Origin: an uncultured Candidatus Rokubacteria bacterium | GTDB lineage: Bacteria; Methylomirabilota; Methylomirabilia; Rokubacteriales; DASRDR01 | Direction of reading: 5' to 3' | Assembly: GCA_963805625.1 (NCBI GenBank) | Contig: CAWDVE010000021.1 | Location: 224,001 to 288,000, forward strand | Length of the DNA: 64,000 bases | Part shown: positions 27,135 to 36,045 of the stretch, in pieces | How the letters are laid out: each line of letters opens with the position of its first letter | How positions within the stretch are numbered: position 1 is the stretch's first letter | Notes under the pieces: generated by a model | What the model saw: only the letters and a program-made list of their open reading frames with translations | Databases searched by the model: none | What the model was told of the DNA's origin: nothing | Program-made: the position numbers and the translations under genes

Positions 27135-27215
27135 GCGGCGGGCTCTCGACCTCCGTCACAACCCCTCGGGTATCACACGCGCCGGACCGTGTCAATTTCC
27201 CGGTGCTTCGCGGCG

Positions 27216-29033
27216 TCACTCGTCCACGGCGCGACCCGGCGGGGGCTCGGCCACGGAGCGGGGTACGGCGACCTCCAGGGCGAGCTCCTTGAGCTGCTCC
27301 GGGCTCACCGGCGTGGGGGCGTCCGTCAGGGGGCACGTGCCCTTCTGGGTCTTGGGGAACGCGATGACGTCCCGGATGGAATCGACGCCGGCCAGGATGG
27401 CGACGATCCGGTCCAGCCCGAACGCGATGCCGCCCATCGGCGGGGCGCCGTACTCGAGCGCCTCCAGGAGGAAGCCGAACTTGGCGCGCGCGTCCGTCTC
27501 CCCGATCCCGAGGATCTCGAAGACCCGCTGCTGGAGCGCCCGCGAGTGGATCCGGATCGAGCCGCCGCCGATCTCCTGACCGTTCAGGACGAGATCGTAG
27601 GCCTTCGCGCGCGCGGAGCCAGGATCCGCCAGGCCGGTCTCGGCGTCAGCGTCCTGGGGCGCCGTGAAGGGATGGTGCATCGCGTCCCACCGCCGCTCGT
27701 CCTCGTTCCACTCGACCAGCGGGAAATCGACGACCCACAAGAGGTCGTACGCCCCCCCGGGGATCAGCCCGAGGCGATGCGCGAGCTCGACGCGGAGCCG
27801 CCCCAGCACCGTCGCGGCGAGCGGCATCCGGTCGGCGACCAGCAGCACGAGATCGCCCGCCTTCGCCCCCGTCCGGGCGAGGAGCCCATCCCGGACCGCC
27901 TCCAGGTGGCGGGCGGCCGGGCTCTGGAGCGTGCCCTCGCCCACGCGGACCCAGACCAGCCCCTTCGCGCCCGCGCCCTTGGCGCGCTCCACCAAGTCGT
28001 CCAGGTCTTTGCGCGAGAACGCGCTCCCCGGCACCGTGAGGGCCTGCACGGCGCCGCCCTGGGCGACGGTCTGCGCGAAGACCTGGAACGCGCCGCCCCG
28101 GAACAGGTCGGAGCAGTCACTGAGCTCGAGGCCGAAACGCAGGTCGGGCTTGTCCGAGCCGTAGCGCCGGATCGCCTCGTCCCAGGTGAGCCGGCGGAAC
28201 GGGCGGGCCGGCTCCAGGCCCTTCGTGCGGCGGAAGATCTCCGCGACGAGGCCCTCGATCACGGGCAGGAAATCGTCCCGATCCAGGAAGGCGGTCTCGA
28301 TGTCGATCTGGGTGAACTCCGGCTGGCGATCCGCACGCAGATCCTCGTCCCGGAAGCAGCGCACGATCTGGAAGTAGCGCTCGAGCCCGCCGACCATCAG
28401 GATCTGCTTGAAGAGCTGGGGCGACTGGGGCAGAGCGTAGAAGGTCCCGGGGGTGAGGCGGCTCGGCACGAGGAAGTCCCGCGCGCCCTCCGGGGTCGAC
28501 CGCGTGAGCATCGGCGTCTCGACCTCGACGAAACCCTGGCCGTGGAGGTAGTCGCGCGTGGCGCGGCAGACCTGGTCCCGCAGGAGGAGGTGCCCCAGCA
28601 TCGCCGGCCGGCGGAGATCGAGGTACCGGTACTTGAGCCGCAATGATTCGACCGTCTCCTGGGACTCGTCGAGCGGGAAGGGCAGGGGCTTCGACTCGTT
28701 CAGGATGCGGAGTCGCCGGACCGACACCTCGATCTCACCCGTGGCGAGATGGGTGTTCACGGTGCCCGGCGGCCGCCGCTCGACCGTCCCCTCCACCGCC
28801 AGGACGAACTCCACCCGGATCCGCCCGGCCGCCTCGTGGGCGGCGGGGTCCAGCGCCGGGTTGAACACGAGCTGCGTCAGCCCCTCGCGGTCCCGGAGGT
28901 CCACGAAGATGAGACCGCCGTGATCGCGGCGCCGGGACGCCCATCCCATCAGGGTGACCGTCTGTCCGGCGTGCCCGGCGCGGAGCGCGCCGCACGAGTG
29001 GGTCCGGCGCATCCCCCCGAAGGACTCCGTCAT
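27216..29033 (-). CDS. aspS: Aspartate--tRNA ligase (probably non-discriminating, Asp/Asn)
   Basis: RTHSCG, RRDHGGLIFVDLRD, TPEGARDF, LPQSPQLFKQ, FRDEDLRADRQPEF and GGIAFGLDR. Confidence 0.97.
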   Translation of the reverse strand: MTESFGGMRRTHSCGALRAGHAGQTVTLMGWASRRRDHGGLIFVDLRDREGLTQLVFNPALDPAAHEAAGRIRVEFVLAVEGTVERRPPGTVNTHLATGEIEVSVRRLRILNESKPLPFPLDESQETVESLRLKYRYLDLRRPAMLGHLLLRDQVCRATRDYLHGQGFVEVETPMLTRSTPEGARDFLVPSRLTPGTFYALPQSPQLFKQILMVGGLERYFQIVRCFRDEDLRADRQPEFTQIDIETAFLDRDDFLPVIEGLVAEIFRRTKGLEPARPFRRLTWDEAIRRYGSDKPDLRFGLELSDCSDLFRGGAFQVFAQTVAQGGAVQALTVPGSAFSRKDLDDLVERAKGAGAKGLVWVRVGEGTLQSPAARHLEAVRDGLLARTGAKAGDLVLLVADRMPLAATVLGRLRVELAHRLGLIPGGAYDLLWVVDFPLVEWNEDERRWDAMHHPFTAPQDADAETGLADPGSARAKAYDLVLNGQEIGGGSIRIHSRALQQRVFEILGIGETDARAKFGFLLEALEYGAPPMGGIAFGLDRIVAILAGVDSIRDVIAFPKTQKGTCPLTDAPTPVSPEQLKELALEVAVPRSVAEPPPGRAVDE

Positions 29034-30340
29034 GTCCGGCTCCCCGACTGGCGATGCGCGCGCTCGGCGAACCACTGCACGCTCGGCAGACCCTCGGCAC
29101 CGATCGTCGCGACGCCCTCGTATCCCTGCTTCTCCAGCGCGGCGCGCTGCGCGCCCGGATTCCGCGTCTGGCGCTCGAGCGCCACGAGATAGCCCTGGCC
29201 CCGGAGCGCCTGCGCCGCCCGCAGCACGCCAGCCATCTCCTGGGCCGCCTCGTCGAACAGGAGGGCGATCCGCCTGTCGTCGCGCACCGTCCGGCTTTCG
29301 ATCCGGCCGAGGATGTCCACGACGCGCTCGAAGCCAATGGAGAACCCCGTGGCGGGGACGTCGCGGCCCAGCATGCGCCCGATCATCCCGTCGTACCGCC
29401 CGCCCCCCGCGATCGATCCCGCCGCGAAGCTCGATGAGCGGATCTCGAAGATCGGCCCCGTGTAGTAGCCCATGCCCCGGACGAGCGTCGGATCGAAGTC
29501 GATGCGGAACCGGCCGCCGGCCGCCGCGCCCACGGCCTCGACGATGCGCGACAGCGCCGCGAAGGCGCCGTCCGCGCTCGGATCCCCCAGCCGGCCGTGC
29601 AGGCCCGCCAGGCTGTGCGAGGCGGCGGTCGTCGCATAGAGCTCCAGCATCCGGGCGATGGCGGCCCCTGGGTGGCCCGCCTGCTCCAGCTCCTGGCGGA
29701 TCTCGCTCGCCGGGAGCTTGTCCCACTTGTCGAGGGTGATGAAGACGCTCGCGTGGCGCGCGGGCGCGAAGCCGCACCAGCTGGCCATCGCGGCCAGGAG
29801 GCGGCGGTCGTTGATCCGCACCGTGAGGCCCTCGAGGCCGAGCGCGCCGAGCGCCTCCGTGGTGGCGAGGATCAGCTCGATCTCGGCGATCTCCGACGCG
29901 ACGCCGAGGATGTCGATATCGCACTGGGTGAACTGACGGTAGCGGCCGCGCTGCGGCCGCTCGGCGCGCCAGACCGGCCCGATCTGCACCGCCCGGAGGG
30001 GATGCGGCAGCTTCGCGAGATTGTGCGCGTAATAGCGGGCGAGCGGCACCGTCAGGTCGAAGCGGAGGCCCAGGTCGGCCAGATCGGCCTCGGTCGTGGC
30101 CGCGCCCAGGTCCAGCTTCTCCCCGCGCTTGAGCACCTTGAAGATGAGCTTCTCGTTCTCGCCGCCGCCCCCGCCAGTCAGAAGCTCGAGGCTCTCCAGC
30201 GCCGGTGTCTCGATGCGCCGAAACCCATACCGGCGGTACACGCCGAGGATTGTCCCCGCGGCGGCGTCGCGCAGCTCCGCCTCGGCGGGCAGGATGTCCC
30301 GCATACCCCGCGGCGGCTCGCTGGGCAGCCTAGATGCCAC
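29030..30340 (-). CDS. hisS: Histidine--tRNA ligase
   Basis: PRGMRD, LRFDLTVP, WRAERPQRGRYRQFTQCD, RGMGYYTG, GGGRYD and GFSIGFER. Confidence 0.96.
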   Translation of the reverse strand: MASRLPSEPPRGMRDILPAEAELRDAAAGTILGVYRRYGFRRIETPALESLELLTGGGGGENEKLIFKVLKRGEKLDLGAATTEADLADLGLRFDLTVPLARYYAHNLAKLPHPLRAVQIGPVWRAERPQRGRYRQFTQCDIDILGVASEIAEIELILATTEALGALGLEGLTVRINDRRLLAAMASWCGFAPARHASVFITLDKWDKLPASEIRQELEQAGHPGAAIARMLELYATTAASHSLAGLHGRLGDPSADGAFAALSRIVEAVGAAAGGRFRIDFDPTLVRGMGYYTGPIFEIRSSSFAAGSIAGGGRYDGMIGRMLGRDVPATGFSIGFERVVDILGRIESRTVRDDRRIALLFDEAAQEMAGVLRAAQALRGQGYLVALERQTRNPGAQRAALEKQGYEGVATIGAEGLPSVQWFAERAHRQSGSRT

Positions 30341-30839
30341 CGCGGTAGCGCTCCATCAGCTGCACGTAGTTGTTCGTCGGCCGGTGGATCAGCTCGAGAT
30401 CGGCGTCGGTCAGCGTCCGGCGAGGCTTGGCGGGGCTGCCCATCATGAGGGTCCGGCGGGGGATCCGCGTCCCGGGCGAGACGAGCGCCCCGGCGGCGAC
30501 GATGGACTCATCTTCCATCACGACCCCGTCCAGCACGATCGCCCCGATGGCAATCAGGCAGTGCGAGCCCACCCGGGCCCCGTGGAGCCGGACGGCATGG
30601 CCGAGGGTCACGTGGTCGCCGATCTCCACCGGGTCGGTCCGGTTGACGTGGATCACGGTGCCGTCCTGGACGTTGGTGTGGTGCCCGATGCGGATCCGGT
30701 TGACGTCGGCGCGGATGACGCACTGGAACCACACGCTCGAGTGCGCCCCGAGCTCGACGTCGCCGATGACGTGGGCAGTCTCTTCCACGAACGCCGTTTC
30801 GTGGATGCGCGGGGACTTGTCCTCGAACGCGCGGAGCAT
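30330..30839 (-). CDS. Gamma carbonic anhydrase family (YrdA/PaaY-like)
   Basis: Hexapeptide repeats, RADVN...NVQD, and His ligands VIH/GHAVRLH. Confidence 0.92.
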   Translation of the reverse strand: MLRAFEDKSPRIHETAFVEETAHVIGDVELGAHSSVWFQCVIRADVNRIRIGHHTNVQDGTVIHVNRTDPVEIGDHVTLGHAVRLHGARVGSHCLIAIGAIVLDGVVMEDESIVAAGALVSPGTRIPRRTLMMGSPAKPRRTLTDADLELIHRPTNNYVQLMERYRGGI

Positions 30840-30897
30840 CCTGTCCCTCCAGAGGACCCGTGGACAGCGAGTCGGAAAGGCCCAAGAACAAGGCGAA

Positions 30898-30973
30898 ATG
30901 GTAACAGGGGGGGTGCACGCTCGCAAGAGACGCGGCGCCGCGCCTGGCAGCCGCTCGGAGCGAGTGCTATACT
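30898..30973. promoter_or_regulatory. Divergent promoter pair
   Basis: Minus strand TTGCGA-17-TACCAT (30898-30926); plus strand TGC-TATACT (30965-30973). Confidence 0.5.
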
Positions 30974-31011
30974 CCCCGATGCGACGGCCTCGGACGACGC
31001 CGTCGAGCCGC

Positions 31012-31038
31012 AGGGCGCGGAGGCGCGCCCTTTTTGTT
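31012..31038 (+). terminator. Intrinsic-terminator-like hairpin in the fmdB leader
   Basis: AGGGCGCG-GAGG-CGCGCCCT followed by TTTTGTT. Confidence 0.65.
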
Positions 31039-31051
31039 GGAGGGGGATGGA

Positions 31052-31424
31052 GTGCCCACCTACGACTACCGATGCGACCGGTGCGCGCGCACCTTCGAGG
31101 TCCGCCAGCGCATCTCGGACGAGCCGCTGACCGACGTGCGACCGCTGCGGCGGACCGATCCGCCGGCTCCTGTCCGCGGCGCCGTTCATCCTCAAGGGCG
31201 GCGGCTGGTACGTCACCGACTACCCCTCCGCGGGCCGGAAGAAGGGGATGGAGGCCGAGAAGAAGTCGAGCGGCGACGCGGCCCCGAGCTCGGCCCCGGC
31301 GACGACCGGGACGGACGCCGCTGCCTCGACCGGGGCGTCTTCGAAGAGCGAGAAGAAGAGCGACGGGACCTCGGGCGACGCGGCGCCGGCGAAGCCGAAG
31401 CCAACGCCGACGCCCTCCAGCTGA
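31052..31424 (+). CDS. FmdB-family zinc-ribbon protein (apparent +1 frameshift at about 31131)
   Basis: [11 protein letters not shown]...EPLT, then in the shifted frame [30 protein letters not shown] and a low-complexity tail. Confidence 0.88.
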
Positions 31425-32217
31425 CGGGGGCGCCCGGGCCCAGCCCGAGCCGTCGGCGCGCGCTGCCTTCCCGCACGAACACCTCCACCCGGCCCGAGCT
31501 GTCGATCAGCGCCCCGAGCGCCCGCCGGGGCCGCTCGGCGTAGGTCCCCACGAGCCCACGGACGCGCGACCCGCCGATTCGCAGGACGCCCCGATCGGCC
31601 GGCCCCGGTAGCTCCCGCCCTCTGAGGTTCGTCAGGAGGTTCCCGAAGCGGTCGACCAGCAGGACCTCCCCGTCGACCCGGCCGCCGAGCCGCCGGGGCT
31701 CGGACCGGGACAGACGCACCGGGTGGCGGAGCGGCGGCCCGAAGGCCGCCAGCCGGACGCCGCGCGAGCAGTGGGCGGCCACGGGCGCGAAGATGTCGCG
31801 TCCATGGAATGTCCGGCTGACCGGCCGCCGATGGTACCGCGCGTCGGCCAGCACGACGCCCCGCGCGCCCGGCAGGTCGAAACAGAACCCGAGGAGCCCG
31901 TTGTCGGGTCCGACGAAGCAGTGGCCGCCCGCCTCGATGGCGATCGGCCGGCGGGAGCCGCCGACCCCCGGATCCACGATCGCCAGATGCACCGATCCGC
32001 GGGGGAAGAACCGCCAGGCGGCCTCGAGGAGGAGGGCGGCCCGCCGGATGTCTTGCGGCGGCACCCTGTGGGTCAGGTCGACGAGCCGGGCCCGCGGGTT
32101 GATCGCGAGGACAACGCCCTTGACGGTGCCGACGTACGCGTCATCGAGCCCGAAGTCGGTGAGCAGGGTGACGATGCCGTTTGGGCCGCTCGGGCGCGGT
32201 CCCCGGCGCCGGCTCAT
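31213..32217 (-). CDS. SAM hydrolase / SAM-dependent halogenase family (DUF62), hydroxide adenosyltransferase type
   Basis: TLLTDFG, VDLTH, IVDPGVG, FVGPDNG, TFHGRD and VDRFGN. Similarity fades near 31420 but the stop is at 31213. Confidence 0.88.
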   Translation of the reverse strand: MSRRRGPRPSGPNGIVTLLTDFGLDDAYVGTVKGVVLAINPRARLVDLTHRVPPQDIRRAALLLEAAWRFFPRGSVHLAIVDPGVGGSRRPIAIEAGGHCFVGPDNGLLGFCFDLPGARGVVLADARYHRRPVSRTFHGRDIFAPVAAHCSRGVRLAAFGPPLRHPVRLSRSEPRRLGGRVDGEVLLVDRFGNLLTNLRGRELPGPADRGVLRIGGSRVRGLVGTYAERPRRALGALIDSSGRVEVFVREGSARRRLGLGPGAPVSWRASALASASPAPRRPRSRRSSSRSSKTPRSRQRRPSRSSPGPSSGPRRRSTSSRPPSPSSGPRRGSR

Positions 32218-33212
32218 CGATCCCGATGGATCACGTACTCGGCGATCAGGGCCAGGATCTGGCGCCCGGGGGAATCCGGGAGCCGGTCCAGCGCAGCGAT
32301 GCCCGTCTCCGCGTACGCCAACGCCCGCGACACAGAGTAGCCGACGCCGTCGTACACCTTGACCAGCCGATGGACCTCCGCCACGTCCGTCTCTGGGAGG
32401 CCCGGGCGCCCGAGCGTCTCCAGGATGCGCGCCCGCTCGCCGTCCGTGGCGCGGTCGAGCGTGACGATCAGGGGCAAGGTGCGCTTTCCCTCGAGGAGGT
32501 CGTGGCCGATCGCCTTGCCCAGGCGGGTAGGGTCCGCGGCGAAGTCCAGCGAATCGTCGATGATCTGGAACGCGATACCGATCCGCTCGCCGTACGTCGC
32601 GAGCGCCTCGACCGCCTCGGCCTCGAGCCCTCCGGCGAGGCCGCCGATCCGGCAGCAGGCCGACATGAAGGTGGCCGTCTTCTGGCGGATGATGCGGAGG
32701 TAGTCGGCCTCCGACAGCTCGCCCGCACGCTTGCGTTCGAGCTGGAAGACCTCGGCCTCGGTCATGGACACCATGACGGTCGCCAGGGCATCCATCACCG
32801 CGAGGTCCCCGTCCCGCACGAGGAGCGCCATGCAGCGCGAGTAGAAATGGTCCCCCACCAGCACGGAGGCGTCCACGCCAAACCGGGCATGCGCGGACGG
32901 CCGGCCCCGCCGGAGGGGCGCCTGATCGACCACGTCGTCGTGAATCAGGGTCGCGGTGTGCAGGAGCTCCACGATGCACCCGAGCCGCACCGCGCGCGCG
33001 CCCGGATCCCCGCCGAGCGCCGCGCCAAGCAGGACCAGGATGGGCCGGAGCCGCTTGCCCCCGGCGAGCGCGACGTGCTCCCCGAGATCCCGGACGAGCT
33101 GGACGGGCGAGTCGGCCAGCTCGCGATTGATCTCCGCCTCGCAGGCACGGAGCGCACCGCCGACCAGGTGCAGGAGCCGATCCCTGAGGGCACCCTCCAG
33201 GCCGAGGCTCAC
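32214..33212 (-). CDS. ispB: Polyprenyl diphosphate synthase (IspB-like)
   Basis: GGKRLRP, LIHDDVVD...RRG, KTA, FQIIDD and DLLEGK. Confidence 0.9.
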   Translation of the reverse strand: MSLGLEGALRDRLLHLVGGALRACEAEINRELADSPVQLVRDLGEHVALAGGKRLRPILVLLGAALGGDPGARAVRLGCIVELLHTATLIHDDVVDQAPLRRGRPSAHARFGVDASVLVGDHFYSRCMALLVRDGDLAVMDALATVMVSMTEAEVFQLERKRAGELSEADYLRIIRQKTATFMSACCRIGGLAGGLEAEAVEALATYGERIGIAFQIIDDSLDFAADPTRLGKAIGHDLLEGKRTLPLIVTLDRATDGERARILETLGRPGLPETDVAEVHRLVKVYDGVGYSVSRALAYAETGIAALDRLPDSPGRQILALIAEYVIHRDR

Positions 33213-33259
33213 GGGACTCGTCTCGTGAACGGCAGGACCTCGCACCGCGTCACCACCGG

Positions 33260-34138
33260 TCAGCGAATGACGGGGAACGGCAGGGCGGAGCGGCGGGGAA
33301 ACTCGGCGTTCGGATCCGTCTGGAGGGTCCGGTCCTTCCACCCAAGCACGAGCCCGGCCAGTCCCCGGTCCAGCGCCGCGGCGGGAATCCGCAGGAACAC
33401 GCGGTCGCCTTCGCGCCAGTCCCCGCCGCCGAACGGCACGGTGTCGGCCCGACCGCTCGCCGTGAGGTCGCCGTTCCGCACATCCCACAACGGGCTCCGG
33501 ACGACGAGGAGGCCCATCCCGGCCTCCTCGCGGAACCGTCCGGCCAGGGCGGGCGGGATCGGCTGCTCGAACGGCGCCGCGACGACGGGCACGCCGGCGC
33601 CAGGAAGGAGAGCCGGCCGAGCGAGCGGCAGCTCGACCAGCGGGCGCGACGGCTCGGCGACGAACAGGCTCTCGAGCACCTGCGTCACGGTATTGCGCTC
33701 GCCGCCAACCTCGAGCAGGAGCACGTCGTCCGCCCCGCTGCTGGACCGGCTGACCTCCACCTCCGTCCACGCGGCGCGACCCGCGGGCGCGCGCACCGCC
33801 CCGAGCGCGAACCGCCCACGGCCTCCGAGCGCGCTCGACTCGGGCTCGGGAACCAGTCGAATCGGCTTCCAGACGAGTGCCTGCCGCTGGATCACCCCAC
33901 GCTGCCAGGCGAAGACCGTCCGGTCGACGACCCCGTCGTCGACCGCCTCCCGCAGGGCCGGGTTCAGGGAGCCCCCGCTCGCCCGGTGCTGCTGGATGAC
34001 CCACTGGGGCAACAAAGCCAGTCGGATGACATGTGAGGGGGCCTGGGGCCGGGCCAGCCCCGTCACACCGGCCATCAGAACTACGGTGAGCCCGACAACC
34101 ACCAGTCGACGCACCGCGATCCACCCCCTCGGTTCCAT
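33260..34138 (-). CDS. Hypothetical exported protein
   Basis: 292 aa ORF with a signal-peptide-like N-terminus and an upstream TTGATT...GACAAT promoter-like element. Confidence 0.7.
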   Translation of the reverse strand: MEPRGWIAVRRLVVVGLTVVLMAGVTGLARPQAPSHVIRLALLPQWVIQQHRASGGSLNPALREAVDDGVVDRTVFAWQRGVIQRQALVWKPIRLVPEPESSALGGRGRFALGAVRAPAGRAAWTEVEVSRSSSGADDVLLLEVGGERNTVTQVLESLFVAEPSRPLVELPLARPALLPGAGVPVVAAPFEQPIPPALAGRFREEAGMGLLVVRSPLWDVRNGDLTASGRADTVPFGGGDWREGDRVFLRIPAAALDRGLAGLVLGWKDRTLQTDPNAEFPRRSALPFPVIR

Positions 34139-34180
34139 CGCGCGAACATTGTCTGGTCGCCCCCCACGGGAATCAAGGGG

Positions 34181-34219
34181 AAAGAAAAACGCCCCAGGGG
34201 GGTGACCCCCCTGGGGCGT
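34181..34219 (-). terminator. Intrinsic terminator of the porin gene
   Basis: ACGCCCCAGGGGG/CCCCCTGGGGCGT long perfect stem followed by TTTCTTT on the minus strand. Confidence 0.88.
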
Positions 34220-34238
34220 CGGAGCACCCGGTCAGGTT

Positions 34239-35756
34239 CTAGAAGGAGTACTGCGTCCGGAACGTCACCGCCCAGGCATCGTCGCCCGTGTCGGGGAACA
34301 TGTATCCGGCGAACAGGTTGAAGACCAGGTTCGGGTTGAAGCGATACGTGGCCCCCGCGTCGAATTCGATGAGGCCGTCGCCATAGGGGCCCGCTTGATC
34401 GGACACGTTCACGTACGTCGCGCCGCCTCCCACCGAGAAGGCGGGTGTCAGGGCGTAGGTGACCGAACCGCCCACACCCATGGTGCCGGTCGGGTCCGCA
34501 TACTGGACCTGGCCGATCGACGGCGCGCCGATGGAGCTGTTACCGAAGAGCCACTCCGCGATGTACGGGCCGCCGCCGCCGAACCAGGAGGCTTGGGCCT
34601 CCGGCATCGGGAGCTTGTCCGAGTCCTGGTTCAGAACGCGGGTAGTACCCGCAGCGCCACAACCCACGTTGCTGAGCTTGTTGACGACGCCGGTGCCGCT
34701 AATGCCGCAGCCCGCCGGCCCGACCTGACTGTCACCCGTCGTGTACCAGGCAGTCGCGAACACGTTGACGGGCCCCACCGGCATCTGCGCCGTCACGAAG
34801 GCGCCGAATCCCGCCTCCGAGAAGGGGTCGCTCGGGCTTCGGCCAGCAGCGATGGCGCCCGGCGAGGGCGCGAAGGCGCGCTGCCCGTAGACCACCGCGC
34901 CGTCGAGCTGAATCGTGCCGACCTTGGCGCCCACCGTCGCGCCAATCCAGAAGGTGTCACCAATGGCCTGGCCAGCGAGGGCCTCCTCGTTGACCAGCAT
35001 GCCCTCGATCGTGACCCGGATCTCCTTCGTGGCGTTGAAGCCCACGCGCGCCACGTACATGTCCGTGTCGTCGGCGTTGGCGTTGTTACCCTCGCCGGTC
35101 TTCGCCGCGTAGACCTCGACGTCGACCGGATCGAACTTCATGTTGATCTTGATCGCGGCGCCATCGTCGTCGAAGTACCCGCCGAGCGGGCCGCTCATGA
35201 AGACGATGTTCTGGATGCCGAGCGTGAGGGACGAGCCCGGCAGCCACTGCCCGGTGTCGAGCCAGATGTACGCGTGCTTGGTCTCGACGGCGACGCCGTC
35301 GGCGCCGAGACACCCGCCGGCCCCGTTACCCGTTCGCACACCCGAGCCGGGCTGCGAAACGACCGCGCTCGCGGATGGTGCCCCCGCAACCGGGGGCGGT
35401 AACGTGACGGCCGGGTTGAATGGGGTCCGACCCGTGCAGCCACGATACTCAGCGCCCGACGCGCCACCGCCCGTACCCCAGGTGAGGTCACCGACCTCCA
35501 GGCCCCAGACCGCCTTGGCCTTCTTGTCGGCGCTCTCGACGTTGGTCCAGAGACGCCACCGCTGGAAGTAGAAGCTCTGACTGTCGCGGTTGCCGCCGTT
35601 CGGACCGCTGTCCGTGAAATCCGTGATGTTGTTGAACGCAAACCCGTAGACACGCATCTGGCCGCCGAAACTCACGGTCGGGGCCTGCGCGTGCGCGGCG
35701 AGGGCCGATCCGAGGATCAGCACCCCCCCGACGAGCAACGCCAGCGCTCGCTTCAT
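34239..35756 (-). CDS. Outer-membrane beta-barrel protein (porin-like)
   Basis: Signal peptide AHA-Q, alternating beta-strands and C-terminal beta-signal FRTQYSF; strong GGGAGG RBS; has its own promoter and terminator. Confidence 0.85.
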   Translation of the reverse strand: MKRALALLVGGVLILGSALAAHAQAPTVSFGGQMRVYGFAFNNITDFTDSGPNGGNRDSQSFYFQRWRLWTNVESADKKAKAVWGLEVGDLTWGTGGGASGAEYRGCTGRTPFNPAVTLPPPVAGAPSASAVVSQPGSGVRTGNGAGGCLGADGVAVETKHAYIWLDTGQWLPGSSLTLGIQNIVFMSGPLGGYFDDDGAAIKINMKFDPVDVEVYAAKTGEGNNANADDTDMYVARVGFNATKEIRVTIEGMLVNEEALAGQAIGDTFWIGATVGAKVGTIQLDGAVVYGQRAFAPSPGAIAAGRSPSDPFSEAGFGAFVTAQMPVGPVNVFATAWYTTGDSQVGPAGCGISGTGVVNKLSNVGCGAAGTTRVLNQDSDKLPMPEAQASWFGGGGPYIAEWLFGNSSIGAPSIGQVQYADPTGTMGVGGSVTYALTPAFSVGGGATYVNVSDQAGPYGDGLIEFDAGATYRFNPNLVFNLFAGYMFPDTGDDAWAVTFRTQYSF

Positions 35757-35955
35757 TACCCGCACCTCCCGGTGCCACCCGCTTCGGATGGCGCCCGTCT
35801 GTGGTGGACTACGAAACTACGATGAGTGCCTTGTTGGGTGTAACGCGGGCTGTGACGCTCCGCTGGTGCCCAGCACCACCCCCCTTCCCGAATGAAGTCT
35901 CCCCCCTGACCGGTCGCCAGGAACACGTCGAATTAAGTGCCAGTAAGCCGTCGCA

Positions 35956-35985
35956 ACCCTAGCATCGGCCGAAAAGCCGTGTCAA
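35956..35985 (-). promoter_or_regulatory. Putative porin promoter
   Basis: TTGACA-18 nt-TAGGGT with TGn, implying a leader of about 190 nt. Confidence 0.55.
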
Positions 35986-36045
35986 GCCCTGTTTCGAGGC
36001 CGCTCCCGGGGGGCTGGCCGGTCGACTCGGCCCCCCTACTGCCCG

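Noticed and set aside
31052-31424. Selenocysteine read-through explaining the broken fmdB, nuoG or selB ORFs
   Set aside because: The breaks are frame changes, not in-frame TGA codons. I noticed no in-frame TGA selenoprotein candidate in the window.
31213-32217. Fluorinase/chlorinase for halometabolite biosynthesis
   Set aside because: The TFHGRD motif (His) fits the widespread SAM hydroxide adenosyltransferase type, and there is no biosynthetic context.
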